A DNA stretch of 64,000 nucleotides from Obrimoposthia wandeli (Eukaryota): the NCBI GenBank assembly GCA_977020255.1, contig CDROCS010000253.1, forward strand, positions 3,596,001 through 3,660,000, written 5' to 3'. This document shows positions 28,572-39,089 of this stretch, in pieces; positions within the stretch are counted from its first letter, which is position 1; each line of letters starts with the position of its first letter. The translations under genes and the position numbers were made by a program. The notes beneath the pieces were generated by a model, which worked only from the letters and a program-made list of their open reading frames with translations, searched no databases and was not told the origin of the DNA.

Positions 28572-31166
28572 AGATTTCAAGAAATCGGTGGCAAACTTCT
28601 GAAGTACCCCGCCGCCGTTGTACACGGTAACTTCTTCAGCAGTATCTAAACGACATTTCACTGGAATTTTAATTATTTCGCCATTTTTACGCGTCATAAT
28701 CACAGTCATAGCACCACCTGGAGCGGTAGTACCTTCAACATCATACGTTTCAGTACCATCAATGCTATAAGTATTACGTGTGTCACCCTTGGTAAATTCG
28801 AGTGGTAACACGCCCATACCAATCAAGTTAGTACGGTGAATACGTTCAAAGCCTTCTGATACGATAACTTCAACACCCGCTAAACGAACACCTTTTGCTG
28901 CCCAGTCACGTGATGAACCTTGACCGTAATCAGCACCAGCGATAATGATTAATGGCTGTTTGCGTTCCATGTAAGTTTCGATCGCTTCCCACATGCGAGA
29001 TTCAGTACCTTCAGGCTCAATACGTGCAAGTGAACCTTGCTTAACTTCGCCTTTATCATCACGACACATTTCATTGAACAATTTCGGGTTAGCGAATGTT
29101 GCACGTTGTGTTGTTTCATGATCGCCACGATGCGTTGCGTATGAGTTAAAGTCTTCGTGTGGAACGCCCATTTTATCAAGGTAAGCACCTGAAGCACTGT
29201 TTAACTGAATAGCGTTAGACGGTGATAAATGATCGGTTGTGATGTTGTCACCAAGTACCGCTAAAGGTCGCATGCCCTTCATGGTACGTTCACCCGCTAA
29301 GGCACCTTCCCAATAAGGAGGACGACGAATATAAGTACTGGTAAGATCCCAGTCGTATAATGGACTTTCAGCAGGCTCAAAAGCGCCTAAATCAAACATT
29401 GGCGTGTAGATTTTTTTGAATTGCTCAGGTTTAACACATGATGCAACAATTGAATCAATCTCTTCATCTGATGGCCAGATATCTTTCAAAGTAATGTCAT
29501 TACCATTTTGATCTTGACCAAGTATATCTTTTTCAATATCAAAACGCATGGTACCGGCAAGCGCATAAGCAACAACTAATGGTGGCGACGCTAAGAAAGC
29601 TTGTTTGGCGTGTGGATGAATACGACCATCAAAGTTGCGGTTACCTGATAATACTGCTGTTGAGTATAAATCACGGTCGATGATTTCTTCTTGGATTTTC
29701 GGATCTAAGGCACCCGACATACCGTTACAAGTAGTACATGCGTAACCAACAATACCAAAACCTAGTTTTTCCATTTCAGATAATAAACCGGCTTCTTCTA
29801 GGTACAGTTTTGCAACTTTTGAACCCGGAGCGAATGATGATTTAACCCAAGGTTTACGTACTAAACCTAACTCGTTTGCACGTTTTGCAACTAAACCAGC
29901 AGCAACAACGTTACGTGGGTTAGAAGTATTAGTACAAGAAGTGATTGCTGCAATAATTACTGCACCGTCAGGCATTAACCCTTCAGCTTCTTGTGCTTTA
30001 CAAGCATCTAGATTTTTAGCGATATCTTTTGATACAAGATCAGCTGTCGCTAAACGACGATGTGGGTTAGATGGACCCGCTAAATTGCGACATACCGTTG
30101 ATAAATCAAATTCAATAACACGTGGATATTGTGCGTCAACTAAATCGTCAGCCCATAAACCAGTGTGTTTTGCGTATGTTTCAACTAATTTAACTTGCTC
30201 TGGCTCGCGGCCAGTAAGCTTCAAGTAATCAATCGTTTGTTGATCGATGTAGAACATACCTGCAGATGCACCATATTCTGGTGTCATATTTGAGATAGTT
30301 GCACGGTCACCAATGGTTAAATCTTTAGTACCTTCACCGAAAAATTCTAAGTAGCTTGAAACAACTTTTTGATTACGTAAAAATTCAGTGATCGCAAGCA
30401 CCATATCGGTTGCTGTGATACCTGGCGCACGTTTACCCGTTAACTTAACACCAATAATATCAGGTAGGCGCATCATTGATGGGCGACCTAGCATTACTGT
30501 TTCAGCTTCTAAACCACCAACACCAATCGCGATAACACCTAAAGCGTCAACATGTGGTGTATGTGAATCGGTACCAACACAAGTATCAGGAAAAGCAACA
30601 CCATCACGTGCTTGAATAACTGGCGACATTTTCTCTAAGTTGATTTGGTGCATAATGCCGTTACCAGCAGGAATTACATCAACATTTTTAAACGCTGTTT
30701 TGCTCCACTCAATAAATTTAAAGCGGTCTTTGTTACGACGGTCTTCAATCGAACGGTTTTTCTCAAACGCGTCAGGGTCAAAACCCGGCGCTTCTACTGC
30801 CAGAGAATGATCGACAATTAATTGTGTCGGTACTACTGGATTTACTTTTGATGGATCGCCACCTTGATCAGCGATTGCGTCACGAAGACCGGCTAAATCA
30901 ACTAAGGCTGTTTGACCTAAAATATCATGACAAACAACACGGGCAGGATACCAAGGAAAATCAAGGTCTTGCTTAACGTCGATAATTTGTTTTAATGAAT
31001 CGATCAGTGTCGCAGGATCACATTTACGTACTAGTTGCTCAGCAAGTACGCGTGAAGTGTAAGGTAATTTAGCGTAAGCGCCTGGTTTAATGGTTTCAAT
31101 AGCTTCACGCGTATCAAAAAAATCTATATTCGCACCAGGAAGCGGTTTGCGGTAATCATAATTCAT
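28563..31166 (-). CDS. acnD: Fe/S-dependent 2-methylisocitrate dehydratase
   Basis: RVVCHDILGQ, AITSCTNTSN, YACTTCNG aconitase cysteines; prp context. Confidence 0.96.
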   Translation of the reverse strand: MNYDYRKPLPGANIDFFDTREAIETIKPGAYAKLPYTSRVLAEQLVRKCDPATLIDSLKQIIDVKQDLDFPWYPARVVCHDILGQTALVDLAGLRDAIADQGGDPSKVNPVVPTQLIVDHSLAVEAPGFDPDAFEKNRSIEDRRNKDRFKFIEWSKTAFKNVDVIPAGNGIMHQINLEKMSPVIQARDGVAFPDTCVGTDSHTPHVDALGVIAIGVGGLEAETVMLGRPSMMRLPDIIGVKLTGKRAPGITATDMVLAITEFLRNQKVVSSYLEFFGEGTKDLTIGDRATISNMTPEYGASAGMFYIDQQTIDYLKLTGREPEQVKLVETYAKHTGLWADDLVDAQYPRVIEFDLSTVCRNLAGPSNPHRRLATADLVSKDIAKNLDACKAQEAEGLMPDGAVIIAAITSCTNTSNPRNVVAAGLVAKRANELGLVRKPWVKSSFAPGSKVAKLYLEEAGLLSEMEKLGFGIVGYACTTCNGMSGALDPKIQEEIIDRDLYSTAVLSGNRNFDGRIHPHAKQAFLASPPLVVAYALAGTMRFDIEKDILGQDQNGNDITLKDIWPSDEEIDSIVASCVKPEQFKKIYTPMFDLGAFEPAESPLYDWDLTSTYIRRPPYWEGALAGERTMKGMRPLAVLGDNITTDHLSPSNAIQLNSASGAYLDKMGVPHEDFNSYATHRGDHETTQRATFANPKLFNEMCRDDKGEVKQGSLARIEPEGTESRMWEAIETYMERKQPLIIIAGADYGQGSSRDWAAKGVRLAGVEVIVSEGFERIHRTNLIGMGVLPLEFTKGDTRNTYSIDGTETYDVEGTTAPGGAMTVIMTRKNGEIIKIPVKCRLDTAEEVTVYNGGGVLQKFATDFLKSNG

Positions 31167-31256
31167 AAGTTAATCCAGGAAACATTTCTAATAAACAATA
31201 ATTATAAATAAAGGCATTAATTCAACACAGAAAATACCTTTATATAAATCAAATCT

Positions 31257-31356
31257 AGACGACTGAATTTGCTTTGAGTTCAAGGCGGACGATACGACGC
31301 ATAGTTTACTATGCGAGTAGAGGTCCAACGACGAAATCAGAGCAAATAACAAGTCT
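31257..31356. repeat. About 100-bp palindromic element, same core family as 28463-28571
   Basis: ATTTGCTTTGA/TCAGAGCAAAT IR; core TTCAAGGCGG...CCAACGACGAAAT; CGCATAGT-TT-ACTATGCG hairpin. Confidence 0.65.
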
Positions 31357-31359
31357 CTC

Positions 31360-32511
31360 CTATCTAGCGGAGATAGGCTGAACCTTACGTGGTTCGCTGC
31401 CGGTGTAGTCAGCACTTGGGCGAATGATACGGTTATTTTGACGCTGCTCCATTACGTGAGCTGCCCAACCCGTTAAACGTGAACACACAAAGATAGGTGT
31501 AAATAGTTTAGTTGGAATACCCATGTAGTTATAAGTAGAAGCATGGAAGAAATCAGCGTTACAGAATAACTTTTTGGTATCCCACATGAACTCTTCACAC
31601 GCAACTGAAATGTCGTATAAAGAAGTATTGCCATTTTCAGCCGCTAATTTTTCAGACCATGCTTTGATTACGGTATTACGGGGATCTGAAGTGCGGTAAA
31701 TCGCATGACCAAAGCCCATGATTTTTTCTTTACGCACTAACATGCCAGCCATTTGCTCTTTAGCATCGGCAGGTGAGTTGAATTTTTCAATCATATCCAT
31801 TGCAGCTTCGTTAGCACCACCGTGAAGTGGTCCACGTAAAGTACCAATAGCACCTGTGATACAGGAGAACATATCTGATAATGTTGATGCACAAACACGC
31901 GCAGTAAAGGTTGACGCGTTAAACTCATGTTCTGCGTATAAGATTAATGAAACATCCATTACACGCTTATGTTGCTCAGAAGGTTCTTCTTGGTTTAATA
32001 AACGTAGGAAGTGACCACCTAATGAGTCTTCATCAGTCATACAGTCAATTTCAACACCATCATGTGAAAACTTATACCAATAACACATGATTGCAGGGAA
32101 AGCGGCTAACAAGCGGTTTGCCGCTTGGTTTTGCTCAGAGAAATCATTTTCAGGTTCAATATTACCTAACACAGAACAACCCGTGCGCATCACATCCATC
32201 GGATGAGTATCTTTAGGAATAAGTTTTAATACTGATTTTACCGCTGCTGGTAAGTCGCGCATTGACTTTAATTCAATCTTGTATGCATCTAATTGCGCTT
32301 GGTTTGGTAATTCACCGTTAAAAAGTAAGTATGCTACTTCTTCAAAGGTTGAATTTTCAGCTAAATCGGCAACATCATAACCACAATAAGTTAAACCTGA
32401 ACCTGATTTTCCTACAGTACAAAGGGCTGTTTCACCCGCGCTTTGCCCGCGAAGTCCTGCAGTATTTGCTGGTTTGCTAGCGACACTTTTTTCTGCTGTT
32501 GTTTCGGTCAT
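31360..32511 (-). CDS. prpC: 2-methylcitrate synthase
   Basis: GLRGQSAGETALC, LRGPLHGGANE, GFGHAIY, CNADFF. Confidence 0.96.
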   Translation of the reverse strand: MTETTAEKSVASKPANTAGLRGQSAGETALCTVGKSGSGLTYCGYDVADLAENSTFEEVAYLLFNGELPNQAQLDAYKIELKSMRDLPAAVKSVLKLIPKDTHPMDVMRTGCSVLGNIEPENDFSEQNQAANRLLAAFPAIMCYWYKFSHDGVEIDCMTDEDSLGGHFLRLLNQEEPSEQHKRVMDVSLILYAEHEFNASTFTARVCASTLSDMFSCITGAIGTLRGPLHGGANEAAMDMIEKFNSPADAKEQMAGMLVRKEKIMGFGHAIYRTSDPRNTVIKAWSEKLAAENGNTSLYDISVACEEFMWDTKKLFCNADFFHASTYNYMGIPTKLFTPIFVCSRLTGWAAHVMEQRQNNRIIRPSADYTGSEPRKVQPISAR

Positions 32512-32595
32512 TATGCTTTCCTCATTTGATAATTTTTATAACAATTTGTTGTATCCATTCTACTGACCCTATTGGTCAGCAGAATACTGGCTTTA

Positions 32596-33501
32596 TTATT
32601 TGTTTTTACCTTCAGAGAAAAGCCCATCTAGCTTTTGCTCATAGTCGTGGTAACCAAGGTAATCATATAAATCCATGCGTGTTTGCATGTTTTGAATTTC
32701 AGTTTTTTGATCGCCATCGGCTAACAATGTTCTGTAAACTGACTCAGCTGCTTTGTTCATAGCACGGAATGCAGATAATGGGTAAAGCACCATTGCACAG
32801 CCCCACTCGCCTAACTGCTCTTTATTCCAAAGTTCTGTTTCACCAAATTCAGTAATGTTCGCTAATACAGGAACATCTAATGCTTCAGTAAATGCACGGT
32901 AATGTTCTTCAGTTTTTACCGCTTCTGCAAAGATACCGTCAGCACCCGCTGCAACATAAGCTTTAGCACGTTCAAGAGCTGCTTCGATGCCTTCTTGAGC
33001 AAAAGCATCAGTACGAGCCATGATGAAAAAATCAGGATCAATACGCGCATCAACAGCCGCACGAATACGGTCAGACATTTCTTCTGTCGAAACAATTTCT
33101 TTATTTGGACGATGACCACAACGCTTTTGCGCTACTTGATCTTCAATATGAACCGCTGCTGCCCCTGCTTTTTCCATATCACGAATAGTTTTAGCAATAT
33201 TAAACGCGCCGCCCCAGCCAGTATCAATATCTACTAATAAAGGTACACTTGATGCGCTGGTAATTCTTTGCACATCGGCAATAACATCATTAAGTGACGT
33301 CATGCCTAAATCAGGTAAACCGTAAGATGCATTAGCAACCCCACCACCTGATAAATAAATAGCTTGATGACCCAGTTGTTCAGCCATCATGGCGCAATAG
33401 GCATTTATCGTACCCACTACTTGTAGAGGCTTATTATTTTCTAGGGCAAGTCGAAATTTTTTACCCGGTGAAATAGTTTTCGTTGATACATTTACTGACA
33501 T
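32596..33501 (-). CDS. prpB: Methylisocitrate lyase (start moved to ATG 33501)
   Basis: DIDTGWG and KRCGHRP motifs; GAGGAG RBS before ATG at 33501, just after the regulator stop. The track's 33576 start overlaps the upstream gene. Confidence 0.96.
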   Translation of the reverse strand: MSVNVSTKTISPGKKFRLALENNKPLQVVGTINAYCAMMAEQLGHQAIYLSGGGVANASYGLPDLGMTSLNDVIADVQRITSASSVPLLVDIDTGWGGAFNIAKTIRDMEKAGAAAVHIEDQVAQKRCGHRPNKEIVSTEEMSDRIRAAVDARIDPDFFIMARTDAFAQEGIEAALERAKAYVAAGADGIFAEAVKTEEHYRAFTEALDVPVLANITEFGETELWNKEQLGEWGCAMVLYPLSAFRAMNKAAESVYRTLLADGDQKTEIQNMQTRMDLYDYLGYHDYEQKLDGLFSEGKNK

Positions 33502-33502
33502 C

Positions 33503-34207
33503 TTAGATCTCCTCAGATTTTTGTGTTGCTTTTTGCAACGCAATTTTGTTTTCAATATTTTTTCTTGAAGCCGCAATATGCCTACGCATTAATAACTCGG
33601 CTAGTTCACCATCTCGATCACTGATCGCTTGGATAATGTTTGAATGTTCGGTAAAAGCACGCGTAGCTCTTGGGCTATGCATACCAAACTGACAACGATA
33701 CATGCGGACTAAGTGATATAACTGGTCACAAATAAGGTTAATCAGCTGTTGATTATGACTACCTAAAATAACTTTATAGTGAAAATCAACATCACCTTCT
33801 TCTTGGTAGTAAGCCACACCTTCTTGTAACGCTTTATCATCTGCGTGTTGAGCTAGCATATCTTGCATATGAGCTATCTCTTCATCGGTCATATTCAGTG
33901 CCGCTTGTCGACATGCCATGCCTTCAAGGGCTTCTCTCGTTATATATAACTCAAGTAAACCTTCTATGGTGCAATCAACTACACGTGAGCCAATATTTGC
34001 CTTGCGCTCTATCAAGTGGCATTTTTCAAGACGATTTAATGCTTCACGTAAGGTGGAGCGGCTTACTTGGTAATGCTTAGCAAGCTCAGGCTCACTTATT
34101 TTACTACCAGCAGCCATATCACCTTCAACAATCGCATGTTGGAGCTGTTCAAAGACCTTATCAGCAGTTGTTACTGCGGCCTGTTTTGTTGGGTTTTGTA
34201 AAAGCAT
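33503..34207 (-). CDS. prpR: GntR/FCD-family methylcitrate operon regulator
   Basis: w[13 protein letters not shown] plus FCD domain; first gene of the prp operon. Confidence 0.85.
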   Translation of the reverse strand: MLLQNPTKQAAVTTADKVFEQLQHAIVEGDMAAGSKISEPELAKHYQVSRSTLREALNRLEKCHLIERKANIGSRVVDCTIEGLLELYITREALEGMACRQAALNMTDEEIAHMQDMLAQHADDKALQEGVAYYQEEGDVDFHYKVILGSHNQQLINLICDQLYHLVRMYRCQFGMHSPRATRAFTEHSNIIQAISDRDGELAELLMRRHIAASRKNIENKIALQKATQKSEEI

Positions 34208-34246
34208 AATGTGTCGTATAAACCTAGATATAACGTTAAGGTTATC

Positions 34247-34348
34247 TTGTCGAACAAAGCCATATTGTCGACAAACATAATAATATAAATCAATAATATC
34301 TTAATTCATGAATTAATCAAGTAGACTTAAGTATAATTGTCGACAATT
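34247..34348. promoter_or_regulatory. TTGTCGACAA palindromes, likely operators of the GntR-type PrpR
   Basis: TTGTCGAACAA 34247-57, TTGTCGACAA 34265-74, AATTGTCGACAATT 34335-48, all upstream of prpR. Confidence 0.7.
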
Positions 34349-34522
34349 TAAGAGCGTTGATTAGACTAATAGTAATCTTTATGATTGGATTATTTGAAAA
34401 GGGAGATGAGATAATTAATTAAAGCACGTAGATAAATAGGACTTTTAATGGGTGATATTTGATAAAGAACTCCCCCACTACAAAAAGTAATAAGGGGGTA
34501 ATTTACCTTTAGCGGGTACTAG

Positions 34523-34577
34523 TATAAACCCGCTCCACTTTAAGTGGCTTGGGTATATTCAAGTGGAACGGCTATAA
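34523..34577. repeat. Collapsed MITE/ERIC-like ends
   Basis: TATAAACCCGCTCCACTT/AAGTGGCTTGGGTATA, then a second right end TTCAAGTGGAACGGCTATA. Confidence 0.5.
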
Positions 34578-34658
34578 ATACTACACAGTCAGTGATACTA
34601 ACCGATAAAGCTGACTGAACACATTCAACGAGTCCAAACTATAAACTAAATCTATCAA

Positions 34659-35198
34659 CTAAAATGAGGAGTTAGGTTGCGATAAAAATTGAACTTCTTC
34701 GTAGGTAGATTTTCTATTTAAGATAATATTTCGATGTGGGTAACGACCAAAGCGCTCAATAATATCTTTATGTTTGCCTTCAAATTCAACATTGCTCACT
34801 ATACCATTAGCCTGATAAAGCGCTATGGCTTTTTCGTGAATGACTAATGATTCACTGTGCATAAAAGGCATATATAAAAAACTATTCTCTATCGGGTTGA
34901 GTTTCTTATCTGCGCCCAGCGCAATAGCTTCTTGTGCTAGTGCTAAAGCAATCCCATCATAAGCAAATGCTTGTGGGGTATCTCGATACATGTTTCGTGA
35001 AAATTGATCCAATATAATGATTTCTGCAAGTCGGCCTGAGGCTGTTTCACGCCAATGCACTAATTCACATTGTTTTGCCGACTGGTGAATTTTAAAAAAT
35101 CTCTCTGTTATTTCGCCATCAAAGGATATATCTTTAATCCACCAGCGAGCAGGCTCTATGTCCTTAAACCAAAAATCGATAACGTCTTGAGAGTTCAT
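34659..35198 (-). CDS. DUF924-family protein (probable start ATG 35198)
   Basis: VIDFWF, LAEIIILDQFSRNMYR, FLYMPFMHSE, IIERFGRYPHRN. Confidence 0.92.
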   Translation of the reverse strand: MNSQDVIDFWFKDIEPARWWIKDISFDGEITERFFKIHQSAKQCELVHWRETASGRLAEIIILDQFSRNMYRDTPQAFAYDGIALALAQEAIALGADKKLNPIENSFLYMPFMHSESLVIHEKAIALYQANGIVSNVEFEGKHKDIIERFGRYPHRNIILNRKSTYEEVQFLSQPNSSF

Positions 35199-35335
35199 TT
35201 TATTTCCTCTGTCCCCTTTACCAATAATGATGCATTTTTTAGAGGACACTTTTAATGGTAAAGACTATTTATACTCATGGTCACTAACCCTACTGGATTC
35301 AACAGCAACACTGATCATTAATAATAATGAGGCAA

Positions 35336-35755
35336 TTAAAATGGCTGTTTTTCATGAGAGGGTAAATCTGCCGGTAGTTTAAACCATGCTTGTTTTTCAC
35401 TGGTCCAAATATGCATAGTCGGTTGTATGACTCTGGTATCTTCTAACGTACTCGGTTTTAATTTTATTTTATCAGGAAAATTAGGATTAAAATGATAGAT
35501 TCGATTACCACAACCTGGACAAAATTTTGCTCCGTTGGTATTACCGTTATCAGCCAAGCGGCTCCAATCAGACATTTTGCCAGAAAACTCGACATCTGCC
35601 GCGTTAACTACAGCAGTAATACTAAAAGCACTAGTGGATAACTTTTGACATTCACGACAATGACAAGCAGCAACCATAAGTGGCGCAGCGAATAATTGAT
35701 AGGTCACTTGCCCACACTGGCAAGAACCTTTAATTGGATAGTTAATTTCGCTCAC
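35336..35755 (-). CDS. GFA-family (CENP-V-like) zinc protein
   Basis: GSCQCG, CHCRECQ, FCPGCG, HIWTSEKQAW. Confidence 0.92.
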   Translation of the reverse strand: MSEINYPIKGSCQCGQVTYQLFAAPLMVAACHCRECQKLSTSAFSITAVVNAADVEFSGKMSDWSRLADNGNTNGAKFCPGCGNRIYHFNPNFPDKIKLKPSTLEDTRVIQPTMHIWTSEKQAWFKLPADLPSHEKQPF

Positions 35756-35884
35756 ATTATCTCCTTATTGAATTTCAATGTGACATCAATGATACATCAG
35801 TCAATTGGAGGTAATACTATAAAGTGAAAAGCAAACGCTGCCAACGAAAAAGTCAGTACTAAAAGTAAATACCAAAAAATAGGC

Positions 35885-35924
35885 AAAAAAAAACCCACGT
35901 AATATTTGTATATTACGTGGGTTT
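35885..35924 (-). terminator. Terminator of the tRNA operon
   Basis: AAACCCACGTAATA-TTTGTA-TATTACGTGGGTTT with a U-tract on the minus strand. Confidence 0.85.
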
Positions 35925-35963
35925 TCTTGTGTAGTTACTTGCTTACTTATTCAAGAAAGAAAG

Positions 35964-36039
35964 TGGCATCCCTAAGGGGATTCGAACCCCTGTTACCGCC
36001 GTGAAAGGGCGGTGTCCTAGGCCTCTAGACGATAGGGAC
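35964..36039 (-). tRNA. tRNA-Glu (TTC), copy 6 in transcription order
   Basis: GTCCCTATCGTCTAGAGGCCTAGGACACCGCCCTTTCACGGCGGTAACAGGGGTTCGAATCCCCTTAGGGATGCCA, 76 nt with encoded CCA. Confidence 0.98.
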
Positions 36040-36266
36040 ACTGATTGATTTAACTCTTACTTCTTCTAGTAAATAAGTAAATCATTTCAAACTATCTAGC
36101 AGATCACTCTGCTGATTTAATTTCATCAAGGTCAATAATAAAAGACATTGAAAAACTAAAACTCTAATTTCTTATTTTAAGTCTCTGTATTTAAAATACG
36201 ATACTTAACAGTAATAAGATAACTGCATGCTCCTTTCATCATCTCTTATTACAGGTATGATAAAAG

Positions 36267-36342
36267 TGGCATCCCTAAGGGGATTCGAACCCCTGTTACC
36301 GCCGTGAAAGGGCGGTGTCCTAGGCCTCTAGACGATAGGGAC
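36267..36342 (-). tRNA. tRNA-Glu (TTC)
   Basis: Identical 76-nt copy. Confidence 0.98.
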
Positions 36343-36452
36343 ACAGAACTAGCATTACGCTAAATTCAGAACAGCTTAATTTTTTAAAAGTTAAAGCAAC
36401 TTCTTGTACTTAATGCTCCTTTCATCATCTCTTATTACAGGTATGATAAAAG

Positions 36453-36528
36453 TGGCATCCCTAAGGGGATTCGAACCCCTGTTACCGCCGTGAAAGGGCG
36501 GTGTCCTAGGCCTCTAGACGATAGGGAC
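36453..36528 (-). tRNA. tRNA-Glu (TTC)
   Basis: Identical 76-nt copy. Confidence 0.98.
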
Positions 36529-36707
36529 ACAGAACTAGCTTCTTCGAAGTAAACTTCGTTAGTTATGTGTAAAAGGAGTGCTGAGCCTGCGAAGCCGACC
36601 AACATTATCCAAATACAGAACTAGCATAACGCTATTTCAGAACATGCTTAATTTTTTAAAAGTGTAAGCAACTTTTTAATGCTCCTTTCATCGATTACTG
36701 ATAAAAG

Positions 36708-36783
36708 TGGCATCCCTAAGGGGATTCGAACCCCTGTTACCGCCGTGAAAGGGCGGTGTCCTAGGCCTCTAGACGATAGGGAC
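36708..36783 (-). tRNA. tRNA-Glu (TTC)
   Basis: Identical 76-nt copy. Confidence 0.98.
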
Positions 36784-36971
36784 ACAGAACTAGCTTCTTC
36801 GAAGTAAACTTCGTTAGTTATGTGTAAAAGGAGTGCTGAGCCTGCGAAGCCGACCAACATTATCCAAATACAGAACTAGCATAACGCTATTTCAGAACAT
36901 GCTTAATTTTTTAAAAGTGTAAGCAACTTTTTAATGCTCCTTTTATCATCGCTATAAAGCTATGATTAAAG

Positions 36972-37047
36972 TGGCATCCCTAAGGGGATTCGAACCCCTG
37001 TTACCGCCGTGAAAGGGCGGTGTCCTAGGCCTCTAGACGATAGGGAC
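36972..37047 (-). tRNA. tRNA-Glu (TTC)
   Basis: Identical 76-nt copy. Confidence 0.98.
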
Positions 37048-37241
37048 ACAAGAACTAGCTTTTTCGAAGTAAACTTCGTTAGTTATGTATATGAGCAGTG
37101 CTGAATAAGCAAAGCCTATTAACATTATCCAAATACAGAACTAGCAAATTGCTATTTCAGAACATGCTTAATTTTTCATAAGTTTAAGCAAACTTAATTA
37201 CCTTCATCTCATTTACATAATAAATAAGACAAAGAGAATAG

Positions 37242-37317
37242 TGGCATCCCTAAGGGGATTCGAACCCCTGTTACCGCCGTGAAAGGGCGGTGTCCTAGGC
37301 CTCTAGACGATAGGGAC
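37242..37317 (-). tRNA. tRNA-Glu (TTC)
   Basis: Identical 76-nt copy. Confidence 0.98.
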
Positions 37318-37419
37318 ACAAATTAGTTTTTATATTATAAATAATATTAATAAACAAATTAAACTATCTATTTTTTGTAACTGCTAACTCAAGAGTTAAC
37401 CTCAACAAAAAACCTAATA

Positions 37420-37495
37420 TGGTGGAGCTATGCGGGATCGAACCGCAGACCTCTTCGCTGCCAGCGAAGCGCTCTCCCAGCTGAGCTATAGCCCC
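37420..37495 (-). tRNA. tRNA-Ala (GGC)
   Basis: GGGGCTATAGCTCAGCTGGGAGAGCGCTTCGCTGGCAGCGAAGAGGTCTGCGGTTCGATCCCGCATAGCTCCACCA; anticodon arm CTTCG-CT-GGC-AG-CGAAG. Confidence 0.98.
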
Positions 37496-37583
37496 GAATT
37501 ATTCGAGTCGTTTAATAACTGGCCTAATAGCTATCAAACATGTTCTCAACCAGTGAACTTAACACTTGCTGAAAACGAGGCGC

Positions 37584-37612
37584 ATTATGAGCAGCAGCCT
37601 TTAAACTGTCAA
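37584..37612 (-). promoter_or_regulatory. Sigma70 stable-RNA promoter of the tRNA operon
   Basis: TTGACA-17 bp-CATAAT followed by the GC-rich discriminator GCGCCTC. Confidence 0.85.
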
Positions 37613-38119
37613 CACTTATTTGTAAAATAAAGCATTTATTTAGAAAGAATTGCCTTAACTGATCGCATAATAACCAAGATGGTTATTTCTTATCTAATTT
37701 AAACTAACTCCCTGTAATAATAGTGCAATTATTGACCAGCAATAAAGGTCAGTTATCCGTCTATAATATGCAAATCATTATTAACTGTATTCCAACCTTC
37801 GAGATATTATCGTTTCCAATCAATATATATTGTCAGTATTTATCAATTTTAAGATTCAATAAGGGTTATTCCCTATTTTATGGTTACAACAAAGTGACAT
37901 TTCTCACAAAATTAGCCGATGGGTTTACATTATTTGATACGACTTTAAAGAATCAAACATTTTTTTGCTTAATGTCATTTTAATTATCACTGAAACCCAC
38001 CACTTTCAAGTTAAGCGGGTATAAATTATTTTCAGTACGGTTAGTTACTTTATCTTTTTGCAATTTAGCGGTATGGTTTACATAACTTAGCCATACAATA
38101 ATGAAAGCAGTTAAACCGT

Positions 38120-39034
38120 ATGCAGCTCAAAAAACTTAATATTGTCGCTATCGGCGGCGGACACGGTTTAGGTCGTGTGCTCTGTACCCTATCCTTTATG
38201 GGTAATAAACTCACCGGCATTGTAACGACCACAGACAATGGTGGTTCAACGGGTCGATTAAGAAAAAGAAGTAGTACTATTGCTTGGGGTGACTTACGTA
38301 ACTGTTTAACGCAGTTAGTCGATCAAAATTCCATTGGTAGTCAGTTATTTAATTTTCGCTTTGAAGGTAATGATGAGCTTGGCGGCCATAATCTGGGTAA
38401 TTTGATTCTTTACGGTCTGGGTAAAGTACAATCAAGCCCGATGGACTCTATTAAACTAGTTCGCCGTATACTGGGAGTAAAAACGCATGTATTACCTATG
38501 TCTGAAACGCCAACAGACTTAATGGCTTTCTATCCTGAGGGACGCTGTCGGCTAGGTGAGCTCTCTGTAGATGAAATGCCTATAATGCCTACTGACTTAA
38601 TGTTAGCGCCATTGGTGAAGCCGGTTACACCCTGTATAGAAGCTATTGAGAATGCGGATCTTATTATTCTAGGACCTGGTAGCTTCTTGACCAGCGTTAT
38701 TCCACCACTTTTAGTGAGGGATATCGCCAAAGCATTAGATAAACGTAAAGGGCATTGTGTTTTTATTGATAATATTATTGCTGAGCAGAGCCCTGCCGCT
38801 AAATTATCAATAGATGAAAAGCTTAACTGGATTGAAAGAAATATTGGTTGTATGCCCGTTGATAGTGTTATCTGCCAAGATGAAAAAATTAGTTCAGATA
38901 AAGTTAATATCATTTGCCAAGATTTGACTCATAATAAAGTGTCACATCACCACGATACTGAAAAACTCATTCATGCATTAGAAACGTGCGTAAATCAAAT
39001 TTCTAATACTGCTAAAATAGAAATAGCGAGCTAA
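38120..39034 (+). CDS. yvcK: YvcK/YbhK (CofD-like, UPF0052) protein
   Basis: IGGGHGL, TTTDNGGSTGRLR, GHNLGNL, LGPGSFLTS. Confidence 0.9.
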   Translation: MQLKKLNIVAIGGGHGLGRVLCTLSFMGNKLTGIVTTTDNGGSTGRLRKRSSTIAWGDLRNCLTQLVDQNSIGSQLFNFRFEGNDELGGHNLGNLILYGLGKVQSSPMDSIKLVRRILGVKTHVLPMSETPTDLMAFYPEGRCRLGELSVDEMPIMPTDLMLAPLVKPVTPCIEAIENADLIILGPGSFLTSVIPPLLVRDIAKALDKRKGHCVFIDNIIAEQSPAAKLSIDEKLNWIERNIGCMPVDSVICQDEKISSDKVNIICQDLTHNKVSHHHDTEKLIHALETCVNQISNTAKIEIAS

Positions 39035-39089
39035 GCTCGCTATTTACTTTATTCACGTTTGAAAACGGTTAAGCTTTCAGCATCAAACT

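Noticed and set aside
33502-33576. Extended prpB N-terminus in the track
   Set aside because: Overlaps the prpR 3' end; a good RBS precedes ATG 33501.
35964-37317. Regularly spaced identical 76-bp repeats resembling a CRISPR array
   Set aside because: The repeats are complete tRNA-Glu genes; spacers are 110-227 bp and related to each other; no cas genes.
36648-37630. ORFs 36648-36860 and 37430-37630
   Set aside because: They overlap tRNA genes and the tRNA promoter; translations of structural RNA.
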